A DNA stretch of 64,000 bases from an uncultured delta proteobacterium (GTDB taxonomy: Bacteria > Desulfobacterota > Binatia > Binatales > Binataceae), in NCBI GenBank assembly GCA_963749215.1, contig CAVVMA010000007.1, forward strand, positions 35,034 through 99,033, given 5' to 3'. A program made the translations under genes and the position numbers. A model generated the notes under the pieces. The model was not told where the DNA came from. It did not search any database and worked only from the letters and a program-made list of their open reading frames with translations. Shown in pieces: positions 11,408 through 21,017 of this stretch. The first letter of the stretch is position 1. The number at the start of each line of letters is the position of its first letter.

Positions 11408-12925
11408 TCAGCGCCTCAATACATCGAGACGGCCGAGCATCTTCCACGCATTGCCACGCGCGGCAGGTGATGCTCCCGATGCGGCCGGCGTGCCACGATG
11501 GTTGGCGGCCTGCTGTGTGGCTGCGGCCGCCGCGAAGATCGCCGCCAGCCTGATATTGTCGGTCGCCGCCGGCTGTGCACCCGGTTTGAACTCCTGCCCG
11601 ATGAAGCCGGTGTCGAAATCTCCTGCGATGAATCTCGGATGGCTCACGAGCCATCGATGGAAGTCCAGATTGGTGGTCAGATCGCCCGCGATTACGAACT
11701 CCGCGAGCGCGCGACGCATCCGATCGATCGCCTCCGCGCGATCGCGCCCCCACACCGCGAGCTTCGAGATGATCGGGTCGTAAAACACCGGCACCTCGGC
11801 GCCCTGATAGACGCCCGCGTCGTTGCGCACTCCGGGGCCGTCGGGAAACCTCAGCGCCGTGATACGGCCCGGCGCCGGCACGAAGCCGTTGGCCGGATCT
11901 TCGGCGTAGACGCGGCACTCGATCGCCCATCCCTTCTGCGCGAGATCCGACTGCTTGAACGGCAGCGGCAACCCCGCCGCAACCTGAATTTGCGCCTTGA
12001 CCAGATCGAGACCCGTGACCAGCTCGGTCACCGGATGCTCGACCTGGATACGCGTGTTCATTTCGAGAAAGTAGAAGTTGCGCTCGGCGTCGACCAGAAA
12101 TTCTATCGTGCCGGCGTTGGTATAGTTGACGGCCTTGGCAGCCTTGACCGCAACCTCGCCCATCTTCGCGCGCATCTCGGGCGTGACGAACACCGAAGGC
12201 GATTCCTCGGCCACCTTTTGATGGCGCCGCTGGATGGAGCATTCGCGCTCGAACAGATGGACCGTCGAGCCGTGCTTATCGGCGAACACCTGCAGCTCGA
12301 TATGGCGCGGGCGGTCGACGAATTTCTCGACGTAAAAGCGGCCGTCGCCGAACGACGACTTGGCCTCGCTGGCGACCGCGCGAACGACCGAGGGCAGTTC
12401 CTTTTCGTCGCGGACCAGGCGCAGTCCCTTGCCGCCGCCGCCTGCCGCCGCCTTCACCATGATCGGATAACCGATCTGTTTGGCGAGCGCGCGCACCTGC
12501 GCTTCGGTCTCGAGCGTGCCGGGCGAACCGGGCACGACCGGCACGCCCGCGGCAGCCATCAGCTTGCGCGCCTCGACCTTGTCGCCCATCTTTTCGATCG
12601 CGTCGGCCGGCGGTCCGATCCAGCATAGTCCGGCGCGCTCGACCGCGCGGGCGAAGCCGGCATTCTCCGAAAAGAACCCATAGCCCGGATGGACCGCGTC
12701 GGCGCCGCTGGACTTGGCGGCCTCGATGATTCGTTCGGTGACGAGATAGCTCTGCGCGGCCGGCGCCGGCCCGACCGGCATCGCGAAGTCCGCCTGACGG
12801 ACGTGGAGCGCGGCGCGGTCGGCCTCCGAAAATATCGCGACCGATTCGATTCCGAGCTCTCGGCACGCCCGGATTACTCGCACCGCGATTTCGCCGCGAT
12901 TGGCGATCAGGATCCGTCTGAACAT
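11408..12925 (-). CDS. accC: Biotin carboxylase subunit of acetyl/propionyl-CoA carboxylase
   Basis: MFRRILIANRGEIAVRVIRACRELGI, the ATP-grasp motifs, and EMNTRIQVEHPVTE. Confidence 0.9.
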   Translation of the reverse strand: MFRRILIANRGEIAVRVIRACRELGIESVAIFSEADRAALHVRQADFAMPVGPAPAAQSYLVTERIIEAAKSSGADAVHPGYGFFSENAGFARAVERAGLCWIGPPADAIEKMGDKVEARKLMAAAGVPVVPGSPGTLETEAQVRALAKQIGYPIMVKAAAGGGGKGLRLVRDEKELPSVVRAVASEAKSSFGDGRFYVEKFVDRPRHIELQVFADKHGSTVHLFERECSIQRRHQKVAEESPSVFVTPEMRAKMGEVAVKAAKAVNYTNAGTIEFLVDAERNFYFLEMNTRIQVEHPVTELVTGLDLVKAQIQVAAGLPLPFKQSDLAQKGWAIECRVYAEDPANGFVPAPGRITALRFPDGPGVRNDAGVYQGAEVPVFYDPIISKLAVWGRDRAEAIDRMRRALAEFVIAGDLTTNLDFHRWLVSHPRFIAGDFDTGFIGQEFKPGAQPAATDNIRLAAIFAAAAATQQAANHRGTPAASGASPAARGNAWKMLGRLDVLRR

Positions 12926-12962
12926 ACGGGTTTCGGAGCCGGCACCGGATATGACTGCGCCG

Positions 12963-14513
12963 TCACAGCGGGATGTTGCCGTGCTTGCGCGGCGGATTGC
13001 GATCGCGTTTGTTCTCGAGCGCCTTGAGCGAGCCGATCACCCGCGGACGCGTGTCGCGCGGCACGATCACTTCATCGACGTAGCCAAGCTCCGCGGCCTT
13101 GAACGGATTTGCGAACGTGCTGCGATAATCGGCGACCAGCCGTTCGCGCTCGGCGACGGCGTCCTTGGCGCGCTCGAGCTCGCCGCGATAGACGATATTG
13201 ACCGCCGGCTCGGGCGCCATCACGGCGATCTCGGCGGTTGGATAGGCGAAGTTGAAATCGCCGCGGATGTGCTTGGAAGACATCACGTCGTACGCACCGC
13301 CGTACGCCTTGCGCGTGATCACCGTGACCTTGGGCACGGTCGCCTCGCAGAACGCATACAGCAGCTTCGCGCCGTGGCGGATAATCCCGCCGTACTCCTG
13401 CGCGGTGCCGGGCAGGAAACCCGGCACATCGACGAACGTCACCAGCGGGATATTGAAGCAGTCGCAGAAGCGGACGAAGCGCGCCGCCTTGACCGACGCG
13501 TCGATATCGAGGGCTCCCCCGAGATGCGCGGGTTGGTTGCCCACGATCCCGACCGAATACCCGCCCATCCGCGCGAACCCGACGATGATATTCTGCGCGA
13601 AGTCCTTCTGGATTTCGAAAAAATGCCCGCCGTCCACCACCCGCAAAATTATGTCGCGCATGTCGTAGGGTTTTTTGGGATTTTCAGGGACGAGCGAATC
13701 GAGCTGCTCGTCGCGGCGGTTCGGATCGTCGCCGTCGGCGTGAAACGGCGGGTCCTCGGCATTGTTCGAGGGCATGTAGGAAAGCAACTCGCGGATCATG
13801 AGCAGCGCGTTCTCGTCGTCGGTGGCTTCGAGATGACACACGCCGGAGCGGTTGGCATGAGTGTCGGCGCCGCCCAGTTGCTGCATCGTGACTTCCTCGT
13901 GGGTCGCGTTTTTGACCACATCGGGACCGGTGATGAACATGTACGAAGTGTCGCGCACCATGACGATAAAGTCCGTCATCGCGGGCGAGTAGACTCCGCC
14001 GCCGGCGCACGGTCCCATGATCGCCGAGATCTGCGGAACCACGCCCGAGGAGAGCACGTTGCGCAGAAAGATGTCCGCGTAGCCGGCCAGCGAAACCACG
14101 CCTTCCTGAATCCGCGCGCCGCCGCCGTCGTTGAGACCGATCATCGGGCAGCCGGTCTTCATCGACAGGTCCATCACCTTCACGACCTTCTCGGCGTACG
14201 CGCCCGACAGGCTGCCGCCAATCACTGTGAAATCCTGCGAGAAGATACAGACCTGGCGGCCGTCGATCGTTCCGTAGCCGGTCACTACGCCGTCGCCGGG
14301 AATCTTCTTCTTGTCCATCCCGAAGTCGGTGCATCGATGAGTCTTGAACTTGTCGAGCTCGACGAACGTACCGGCGTCGAGCAGGAACTCGATTCGCTCG
14401 CGCGCCGTCATGCGGCCCGCTTCGCGCTGGCGCTTGAGCCGCTCCTCGCCGCCGCCGACTTCCGCCTGCCGCGAAAGGTCGCGGATTCGCTCCAGATTTT
14501 CCTTAAGTCCCAT
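12963..14513 (-). CDS. pccB: Acyl-CoA carboxylase carboxyltransferase (propionyl-CoA carboxylase beta / methylmalonyl-CoA carboxyltransferase family)
   Basis: [50 protein letters not shown] and the C-terminal CT domain. The start is ATG at 14513, with TTG one codon upstream. Confidence 0.85.
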   Translation of the reverse strand: MGLKENLERIRDLSRQAEVGGGEERLKRQREAGRMTARERIEFLLDAGTFVELDKFKTHRCTDFGMDKKKIPGDGVVTGYGTIDGRQVCIFSQDFTVIGGSLSGAYAEKVVKVMDLSMKTGCPMIGLNDGGGARIQEGVVSLAGYADIFLRNVLSSGVVPQISAIMGPCAGGGVYSPAMTDFIVMVRDTSYMFITGPDVVKNATHEEVTMQQLGGADTHANRSGVCHLEATDDENALLMIRELLSYMPSNNAEDPPFHADGDDPNRRDEQLDSLVPENPKKPYDMRDIILRVVDGGHFFEIQKDFAQNIIVGFARMGGYSVGIVGNQPAHLGGALDIDASVKAARFVRFCDCFNIPLVTFVDVPGFLPGTAQEYGGIIRHGAKLLYAFCEATVPKVTVITRKAYGGAYDVMSSKHIRGDFNFAYPTAEIAVMAPEPAVNIVYRGELERAKDAVAERERLVADYRSTFANPFKAAELGYVDEVIVPRDTRPRVIGSLKALENKRDRNPPRKHGNIPL

Positions 14514-14520
14514 CAATCAG

Positions 14521-14563
14521 AAAAAGCGCGCCAGCCGCATCATACAAGTCTGCGGCTGCGCGA
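14521..14563 (-). promoter_or_regulatory. Terminator-shaped hairpin plus U-tract (CAGCCGCA-N11-UGCGGCUG GCGCGCUUUUUCUGAUUG) ending 3 nt before the pccB start codon; a possible attenuator or leader structure
   Basis: The minus strand reads cagccgcagacttgtatgatgcggctggcgcgctttttctgattgATGGGA. No SD sits between the structure and the ATG. Confidence 0.35.
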
Positions 14564-14688
14564 CAAGAGACAAATATCCCATGTGGAGACGGGGTTAAAG
14601 CGCCCGGCTACCGCCTGTAGGTTCGCGATTTGACGGCCTCACGCCCGGCCGTGCGACGGAGCGGTCGGGACGCAGCCCCCTCACCCGC

Positions 14689-14770
14689 GAGCGACTTGCT
14701 CGGGCAAGTCGCGCCACGGCCTCTCCCGGCTTGCGCCTGCGATCAAATCGCAGGCGCGGGAGAGGCATAA
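14689..14770. repeat. A pair of palindromic hairpins downstream of the MFS gene, one of them of the CCTCTCCC...GGGAGAGG family
   Basis: 14689-14712 GCGACTTGCtcggGCAAGTCGC. 14716-14770 is the long palindrome GCCTCTCCCGGCTTGCGCCTGCGATcaaATCGCAGGCGCGGGAGAGGC, whose left arm carries a GGCTT insertion. Confidence 0.5.
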
Positions 14771-14807
14771 AGGTTCGGATGCGCACCGGCTTCGTGCCGG
14801 TGAACTT

Positions 14808-16145
14808 TCAATCGTAGGCGGCGGCGGGAACGGCGGCCTCGGGGGAGATCTCTTCCAGTTCGCGGCCGGCGGTTTCGGGGAAGAAAGTTATGACGATGAT
14901 CGGCGCAATCATCCAGAAAACCATCAGCGCGCGGATCGCGCTCCAATGCGAGCCGGTGGCTCCGTAGAGCACGCCCTCCATCAGCAAACCAAGCGCGCCG
15001 CCGGTCGTGCCGGCCACGGCCAGCGTGCTGCCGGCAGTCGAACGATAGGAGGTCGGAAACAATTCGGCGCTGTAGGCGCCCATAATCGTGCCCGAGGCGG
15101 TGTCGAAAAAGACCTGCAGGATCCAGGCCGGGACTACCGACCAGCCTGGGGCGCTGAAAATCCAGAATGCGAACAGCGCCGCCAGGAACATGAACGTCGC
15201 GCCCATCACGCGGCGGCCGAAGCGGTCGCTCAGGCGTCCGGCGACGATATTGCCCATGATTCCGAACAGGCCGCCGCAGATGAACAGCATACTGATCTGC
15301 GCCGGCCTCCAGTGATGCGCTTCCTGCAGATATTTGGGCAGGAAGATGCCCGATGAGTTTCCGCCCATGTTGCCGAGAAAAGCACACGCGATCATCATCG
15401 AAAGCCGCTTCGGATACGCCCTGAACAAAGCGGCCATCGGCTGCAGAATATTGGTCGGCCGCTCACCGGCGCTGTCCTCGCGCTCGAAGCGGCGGCTCTC
15501 GGGCAGCATGCGCCGGAGCGGAATGATCACCAGCAGCGGGATCAGCGCGAGCGCGTACAGCCCGCGCCATCCGAACGGGATCACATTGACCGTGCCGAAG
15601 ACCGCGGCCGCCAGCCCGTAACCGACCGCGCTCAACGCGCCCAGATAGCCGATCGCCCATCCGCGCACTCCGGCGTCCACTTCCTCCGTCAGAATGACGA
15701 GCGCGACCGTACCTTCGGCGCCCGCGAATGCTCTGGCCAGGATCTGGAAAATAACAAAGGTCGTCGCGTTCGGCGCGAGCGCGCTGCAGCCGGTGAACAG
15801 CGTGTATGCGACGATCGTATAGAGCAGCATCCGGCGCCGGCCGAAAACGTCTGCGCAAGGGGTGATCAGCAGCGACAGCAGGTAGCCGAGCCGAATCGTC
15901 GAGAGCAGCGCCCCCAGTCTCGCCTCGGCGATACCGAGACCGCGCTGGATCTGCTTGAGCGCCAGGCTCAACAGCGCGCGATCGTAATTGTCGAAGAAGC
16001 CGGCCGTCGCGGCAATTCCGAACACCCGCCATTGCCGGCGCGTGAAAGGCGGCAGCTTGCCGAACACGATCAAGCGGCGCTGGAGGCCCGGCAGCTTGAG
16101 GATTTCGTCCTCGGGCGCTGGAGCTTGCGGTTGCGGCTGGACCAT
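14808..16145 (-). CDS. MFS transporter
   Basis: Twelve predicted TM helices and the MFS loop motif GRLSDRFGRR. The listed ORF start at 16256 would overlap the P450 gene, so the internal Met at 16145 (MVQPQPQ...) is preferred. Confidence 0.7.
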   Translation of the reverse strand: MVQPQPQAPAPEDEILKLPGLQRRLIVFGKLPPFTRRQWRVFGIAATAGFFDNYDRALLSLALKQIQRGLGIAEARLGALLSTIRLGYLLSLLITPCADVFGRRRMLLYTIVAYTLFTGCSALAPNATTFVIFQILARAFAGAEGTVALVILTEEVDAGVRGWAIGYLGALSAVGYGLAAAVFGTVNVIPFGWRGLYALALIPLLVIIPLRRMLPESRRFEREDSAGERPTNILQPMAALFRAYPKRLSMMIACAFLGNMGGNSSGIFLPKYLQEAHHWRPAQISMLFICGGLFGIMGNIVAGRLSDRFGRRVMGATFMFLAALFAFWIFSAPGWSVVPAWILQVFFDTASGTIMGAYSAELFPTSYRSTAGSTLAVAGTTGGALGLLMEGVLYGATGSHWSAIRALMVFWMIAPIIVITFFPETAGRELEEISPEAAVPAAAYD

Positions 16146-16192
16146 TCGTTGATCGCTTCCTTGCGTCGGCGAAACCTTCGGTCTCGCAACCG

Positions 16193-17413
16193 CTATTCGA
16201 TCGCCATCTTCAGCGAGCCAAGGCCGCGCAGAAAAAACGAGCCCTTGTAACCGCACGGCGCCTCGGGGTCGGCCAGCCGGATGCGCGGGAAGCGCTCGAG
16301 CACCGAGCCGATCGCGATCGCGCCTTCCAGGCGCGCCAGCGGCGCGCCGATGCAGAAGTGGATCCCTTCACCGAACGCGAGGTGATCGTTGGGGTCACGT
16401 GTGATGTCGAAGCGATCCGGATCGTCGAAGTGCGCCGGATCGCGATTCGCGGCGGCCAGCAGGATGAACGCGACGGTGTCGGGATCGACGGGCGTGCCGC
16501 CGATCTCGAGCCGCGCCACGGGGCGGCGCACCGTCGATTGCACCGGGCCGTCGTAGCGCAGCATCTCCTCGATCGCGCGCGGCATCAGCGCCGGCTCTTT
16601 CCTCAGCCGCTCGAGCTGGCCGGGATTTCGGCCGAGCGCATGCAGGCCGTTCCCGATCAGGTTGGTGGTGGTCTCGTTGCCGGCCAGCAGCAGCAGGATG
16701 AGGAACCCCAGCAACTCGTCCGCGCCCAAAGTCTCGGCGTCGTGATGGGCCACAAGGGCGCTCACGAGATCGGGTCCCGGATTGCGGCGGCGCTTCTCGG
16801 TCTCCTCGGCGAAGTAATCGATAAGCGCCTGGCGCGCGCGCATGAGCTCGGGCGCCTGACGCGACCCCGGCAGCGCGTTGTCGCCGGCGATGATCGTATC
16901 CGACCACTCCTTGAAAATTTCGTACTTCTCCGGGGGCACGCCGAGCATCTCCCCGATCACCATCACCGGCAGCGCGTTGGCCAAATCGGCCATCACCTCG
17001 AACTCGCCGCGCGCTTGCACCTTGTCGAGCAGGGTGCGCGTGATCTCCCGGATGCGCGGTTCCAGCTCGCGGATGCGCTTGGGAGTAAAGTCGCGACTCA
17101 CCAGGCGGCGCAGGCGCGAATGGTCCGGCGGGTCGGAGAACAGCATCGTGCGCAACCTTCCCTTGCCGAACGGATCATCCGGATCCTCGAGCTCGGGGCG
17201 CTCGATCTGGACGCTCGAGAAGTGCTGGTGATCGCGCAGCACCGCCGACACGTCGGCATAGCGGGCGATCAGCGCGATCGGAAAGAAGCTCTCGATCTTG
17301 CGGGGCGCAGTGGCGTACAGCGCCTTGTAATGCGGATAAGGATTGGCGCGAAAATCAGGATCCCAGGGATTGAAGTAGAGCTCATCGGTCGCGACGGTCT
17401 GGTTTACTTCCAT
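16193..17413 (-). CDS. Cytochrome P450
   Basis: The heme-binding loop FGEGIHFCIGAPLA, the AGNETT I-helix motif and EEMLRY (ExxR). The start MEVNQ lies 7 nt downstream of a GAGGG SD. Confidence 0.85.
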   Translation of the reverse strand: MEVNQTVATDELYFNPWDPDFRANPYPHYKALYATAPRKIESFFPIALIARYADVSAVLRDHQHFSSVQIERPELEDPDDPFGKGRLRTMLFSDPPDHSRLRRLVSRDFTPKRIRELEPRIREITRTLLDKVQARGEFEVMADLANALPVMVIGEMLGVPPEKYEIFKEWSDTIIAGDNALPGSRQAPELMRARQALIDYFAEETEKRRRNPGPDLVSALVAHHDAETLGADELLGFLILLLLAGNETTTNLIGNGLHALGRNPGQLERLRKEPALMPRAIEEMLRYDGPVQSTVRRPVARLEIGGTPVDPDTVAFILLAAANRDPAHFDDPDRFDITRDPNDHLAFGEGIHFCIGAPLARLEGAIAIGSVLERFPRIRLADPEAPCGYKGSFFLRGLGSLKMAIE

Positions 17414-17644
17414 TTCCGTACCCTCAGGCGGCAAGTCCTTCAGCTTGACACTGGCAGGTCGAGTTTGAAACCTCGCCGTGTTTTCGAGTCAATCGTTCAT
17501 ACGCGCGCCACGCAAGACGCAATCGCGATGCCATCGCGGCCAGGCCGAAAAGCCTGGGCTTTCCACCACGGTGGAACGCAACGCCGCCGCTGCATGCAGC
17601 GCCGTCGCGGCGTCGCGGGCCCAAAGACAGTCTCGGTACGGCGG

Positions 17645-18445
17645 CTAGCGGCCGGAGAATTTCGGCTGGCGCTTTTCGAGAAAGGCGCGGACGCCTTCGC
17701 TGTAATCCTCGCTGTCGAAGCATCGCGCGATCAGCTCCGAAACCAGCTTCGCGTTGCGCTGGTCGGGATCCTTGAGCGCCTCGCGGATCGTAGCTTTGGC
17801 GGCAGCCAGCGTCAGGGGCGCATTCGACGCCATCTTGAGCGCGTAGCTTCGGGTCGATTCCTCCAGCTCGGCGGGATCGAGCACGCGGTTGACGAGGCCC
17901 ATCGCGTGAGCTTCTTCGGCGTCGAACAGCCGCGCCGAAAGCAGGATGTCGCGCGCGTTGGCGGGACCCACCACGCCGATCAGCGCCAGCACGCCCTCCA
18001 GCGGGTAGGCGAGTCCCAGCCGGGCCGCCGGAACGCCCAGGCGCGTGCCGCGAGCGGCGAAGCGGATATCGCACCCGAGCGCGACCTGAACTCCGCCGCC
18101 GACGCACAAGCCCGAGATCATCGCGATGATCGGCTTGCCGCAGTCAACCATCGCGCCGAGCGCGCGATTCGGTGCGTCGCGGTAACTGCGGGCCTGAGCG
18201 GCGTCGGCCCTGAGGCCCGGGAACTCGGATATGTCCGCGCCCGAGATGAAGGCCTCGGAAGTGGCGCCGCGCATGATGATCACGCGCACCTGGGGATCGG
18301 CGTCCAGCTCGGCGACGCCCTCGGCGATTCGATTCCAGCTCGCAAGGTTGAGAGCGTTACGCACCTGCGGCCGGTTGAGCACAAGCCATCCCAGCGGCGC
18401 CTCATGCCGCACGATTAGGGGATCGTTGGGTTCGTTCATGATCAA
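17645..18445 (-). CDS. Enoyl-CoA hydratase/isomerase (crotonase family)
   Basis: Crotonase-fold motifs RNALN, AFISGADI and GLCVGGGVQVALGCDIR. Confidence 0.85.
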   Translation of the reverse strand: MIMNEPNDPLIVRHEAPLGWLVLNRPQVRNALNLASWNRIAEGVAELDADPQVRVIIMRGATSEAFISGADISEFPGLRADAAQARSYRDAPNRALGAMVDCGKPIIAMISGLCVGGGVQVALGCDIRFAARGTRLGVPAARLGLAYPLEGVLALIGVVGPANARDILLSARLFDAEEAHAMGLVNRVLDPAELEESTRSYALKMASNAPLTLAAAKATIREALKDPDQRNAKLVSELIARCFDSEDYSEGVRAFLEKRQPKFSGR

Positions 18446-18625
18446 GTCACCGCCGTCACAGCCTCATCCTATTAGGCGTAGGCGCTCACAATCACAAGCG
18501 GAGGGTTAGCATCGTGAAGCGCCCGAATATCGCCGAATCGAGGATCGGCGCGCTCATCGAGGTTGCCATTGCGAAAGCGTGCTTGATTCGGTTCTTTGAG
18601 CCGATCGGGTTTTGACAACGCGGTA

Positions 18626-18641
18626 ACGCTAGCGCTAGCGT
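18626..18641. promoter_or_regulatory. A perfect 16-bp palindrome ACGCTAGCGCTAGCGT overlapping the predicted −10 region just upstream of the restriction endonuclease gene; a candidate operator
   Basis: TTGACA at 18612-18617 is followed 9 nt later by the palindrome, which runs to the REase GTG. The palindromic symmetry suits a dimeric repressor such as the RHH protein. Confidence 0.35.
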
Positions 18642-19314
18642 GCCTCCGCGGGCCGGGAACTGTTGGCTACCGATGTCGGACGCTCCGTTCAATCCCCTTG
18701 ATAAACTTTCTCTCGCGCGCGGCATCGGACGAGCGTTGCTCGAAAAGCCGTGCCTACCTCTGGCGCCATCGGAGTCGTTCGTCGGCGCCGGAATCTACGC
18801 CATCTACTATACGGGCAAGTTCGGTCTCTATGAGAAGGTAGCGACCCTCAACCGAGGCGGCAAATTCGGCGCTCCGATCTATGTGGGTAAGGCCGTACCG
18901 GAAGGCGCACGGAAAGGCGGATTCGAGCTTGGCGCGCGCCAAGGCGCCGCTCTCTACAAGAGGCTCCGTGAACACGCGAAGTCGATCGATGAGGCCAAGA
19001 ACCTCGAACTCCCGGACTTCTGGTGTCGTTACCTTGTGGTGGACGACATCTGGATCCCGCTCGGCGAGCAGTTGCTGATCGAGGCGTTTTCTCCAATCTG
19101 GAACAGCGCTCTCGACGGCTTTGGCATCCACCATCCAGGCGGAGGACGTAAGGGCCAACAGCGCTCAGCGTGGGACGTTCTTCATCCCGGCCGGCGATTG
19201 GCGGGTGGTCTGAAGGCGAACCTGCGCAGCGAATCGGAGATTGTGGCCGGCGTGCGGGAATTCCTCGCGCGTTGGGAACTCAAGCAGCATTGGCTACGCT
19301 TCGAGTCCCGATAG
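18640..19314 (+). CDS. Type II restriction endonuclease of the GIY-YIG superfamily (Eco29kI-like)
   Basis: GIYAIYYTG (GIY) and PIYVGKA (YIG) motifs with downstream R/H/E/N residues. Length is about 215 aa. It is convergent with a DNA methyltransferase and overlaps it by about 20 nt at the 3' ends. The start is either GTG at 18640 or ATG at 18673. Confidence 0.7.
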   Translation: MPPRAGNCWLPMSDAPFNPLDKLSLARGIGRALLEKPCLPLAPSESFVGAGIYAIYYTGKFGLYEKVATLNRGGKFGAPIYVGKAVPEGARKGGFELGARQGAALYKRLREHAKSIDEAKNLELPDFWCRYLVVDDIWIPLGEQLLIEAFSPIWNSALDGFGIHHPGGGRKGQQRSAWDVLHPGRRLAGGLKANLRSESEIVAGVREFLARWELKQHWLRFESR

Positions 19315-20703
19315 TGCGTGCTGCGAGACTTTCGGCTGCTCCAGTGTCAGGATCGCTTCGTAGAGCTTTACCCCACGGGCAGCGCCGTTTCGTACCGACG
19401 AATTGATGATGCTGTTACCCACCCTCTTTTTCCGTACGACGTCGATACTTTGAACGCGCAGCCCGACCGCGTTGCTCCGAGCTATGTCAGCCCACACTTC
19501 GTCCGTCCTGACCTCATGGCCCTGGACGACCGAATTGCCGATCACCACAAGCGCTCGACCGCCCGGGGCGAGGTACGTGGAAAGAGCTTTGAGGAAATCG
19601 AACGAGTCGTTGAAATAAGTCGCCAGATAGTTCGCCCATCCCTGTCCATCGTAAACCCGGCGCTGATGTCTGGTGCGACGAATCTTGTCAAGCAAGCTTT
19701 CCAGAACCGGGAAGTTGAAGCTCAGCGGAATTTCGGGCTGCTCTCGAACGGTCTGCCAGAACTTGCCGAAGTTGCTTTGCTCGATTTCCCTGAGCGCGCC
19801 GGTTGAGGTCACGAAGCCCAGCCACCAAAGCTGCGGGCGGGTGTTGCGCAGGTAGTGATAATTGTTCGCGTACGGCGGGGAGGTGATTACGAGATCGATC
19901 GACCGCTCTTGCAACAGCCGGCTTGCTGTGGACCACGAACCCAGGTGCACGGTTGCCTCGCCGGGCAAAGGGCACTCGGACTGGAAGGTCTCGATATCCC
20001 GAAGCATCTCGATCAGCTTTGCTTGCAACACCGCCACTACTGGCGCGTCGCGCACGTCGGGCTTTCCGGCGCCTCGTCGCGTACCGAGGCTGGGTTCATA
20101 AGTGTAGTTCGAGAATTTCACCATCACCGCCGCAAAGGCGAGGCGAAACAGCTCGCGGAGCGGGAGCGACTCCAAATCTCGAATCCAGGCCAGGACTTGA
20201 AGCACCTGTTTCTCCACCCGAGGGCTGAAAAAAGGTACTCTGCTGCGGAACCCCGGCGGCGGCTCCAGCGGCTGTGTGTTTCCGGCTTCCTTCCCGAAGC
20301 GTTGGATCGCGGCGTGTAACTCGCGAGGATTTACCTTCACTGCGGCGATCTTCGTCTGCGCAGCAAACGCGGCATAAGGATTCGTCTCGAACCCTAGCGC
20401 GCGGAAACCTCGGCCTCGTCGAATTGTTTCTACGATCGTCGTTCCAACGCCCGCGAAGGGGTCCATCACAACCCCTCCGTGCGGCAAGTACTTTTGGACT
20501 GCTTCCGACACGAATCGCGCCGAGAACCCTGCAATCCACGGCGCCCAGCGATGGATTGCCTCGGAGCGGTTCTCGGAGAAGGCAGGGTCGCTGAATCCGT
20601 GACCGTTGGACTTGAAGAGCTGCATCTGCCGGGAGCCGGCCGACCTCACCACCGGAGGTCGCCCTCGGCTGGGCTTCCGGCCCCTTGCGCGACGTGCGGC
20701 CAT
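19294..20703 (-). CDS. DNA methyltransferase of the amino-MTase (N4-cytosine or N6-adenine) type, the modification partner of the Eco29kI-like endonuclease
   Basis: AdoMet motif I VMDPFAGVGTT near the N-terminus and catalytic motif IV ITSPPYANNY about 190 residues later, giving an alpha-like motif order. Its GC is lower than the flanks. Its start lies 2 nt after the stop of the RHH gene. Confidence 0.8.
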   Translation of the reverse strand: MAARRARGRKPSRGRPPVVRSAGSRQMQLFKSNGHGFSDPAFSENRSEAIHRWAPWIAGFSARFVSEAVQKYLPHGGVVMDPFAGVGTTIVETIRRGRGFRALGFETNPYAAFAAQTKIAAVKVNPRELHAAIQRFGKEAGNTQPLEPPPGFRSRVPFFSPRVEKQVLQVLAWIRDLESLPLRELFRLAFAAVMVKFSNYTYEPSLGTRRGAGKPDVRDAPVVAVLQAKLIEMLRDIETFQSECPLPGEATVHLGSWSTASRLLQERSIDLVITSPPYANNYHYLRNTRPQLWWLGFVTSTGALREIEQSNFGKFWQTVREQPEIPLSFNFPVLESLLDKIRRTRHQRRVYDGQGWANYLATYFNDSFDFLKALSTYLAPGGRALVVIGNSVVQGHEVRTDEVWADIARSNAVGLRVQSIDVVRKKRVGNSIINSSVRNGAARGVKLYEAILTLEQPKVSQHALSGLEA

Positions 20704-20705
20704 CG

Positions 20706-20927
20706 TCAGGAATCCAACCCAATTGGCTTGGCCGAATGTCCCTTCTCGAGCTCGGCGAGCAAGCGGTCGATCGCCACCCGGACCAGTTCGCTCTTGGCAA
20801 CGTGCCGGCCGCGAGCGAGACGCTCCAGGCGCGCCGCCTGATCCCGTCGAAGGTAGAGAGTGAACGGCGAGCCGCTGCGCCGACTCGGGTTTTCCCGTCG
20901 AATTTTTCTGGTTCGCGGCATTAACAT
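20706..20927 (-). CDS. Small ribbon-helix-helix (CopG-like) DNA-binding protein, a candidate controller of the restriction-modification module
   Basis: FTLYLRRDQAARLERLARGRHVAKSELVRVAIDRLL is an RHH fold. Its stop is 2 nt from the MTase ATG, which suggests an operon. The start ATG at 20927 is immediately downstream of a TTGACA-N15-TATACT promoter. Confidence 0.55.
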   Translation of the reverse strand: MLMPRTRKIRRENPSRRSGSPFTLYLRRDQAARLERLARGRHVAKSELVRVAIDRLLAELEKGHSAKPIGLDS

Positions 20928-20930
20928 GTA

Positions 20931-20957
20931 AGTATAGCTCCTTACCTGTAGTGTCAA
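20931..20957 (-). promoter_or_regulatory. Near-consensus sigma70-type promoter for the RHH-MTase operon (TTGACA-N15-TATACT). It would give a very short or leaderless transcript.
   Basis: The minus strand reads cgaTTGACActacaggtaaggagcTATACTtacATG. The −35 is at 20952-20957, the −10 at 20931-20936 and the start codon at 20927. An AAGGAG lies inside the spacer. Confidence 0.45.
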
Positions 20958-21017
20958 TCGAGGCGAAGCCTCCTGGCTTTAGTTGTATTCACATCCTGAA
21001 CCGCACAAATCCTCCGC

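Noticed and set aside
18519-18632. The 37-codon ORF upstream of the endonuclease as a definite gene
   Set aside because: It has a strong SD, but it is short and has no recognisable fold. It is kept only as a remark within the R-M finding.
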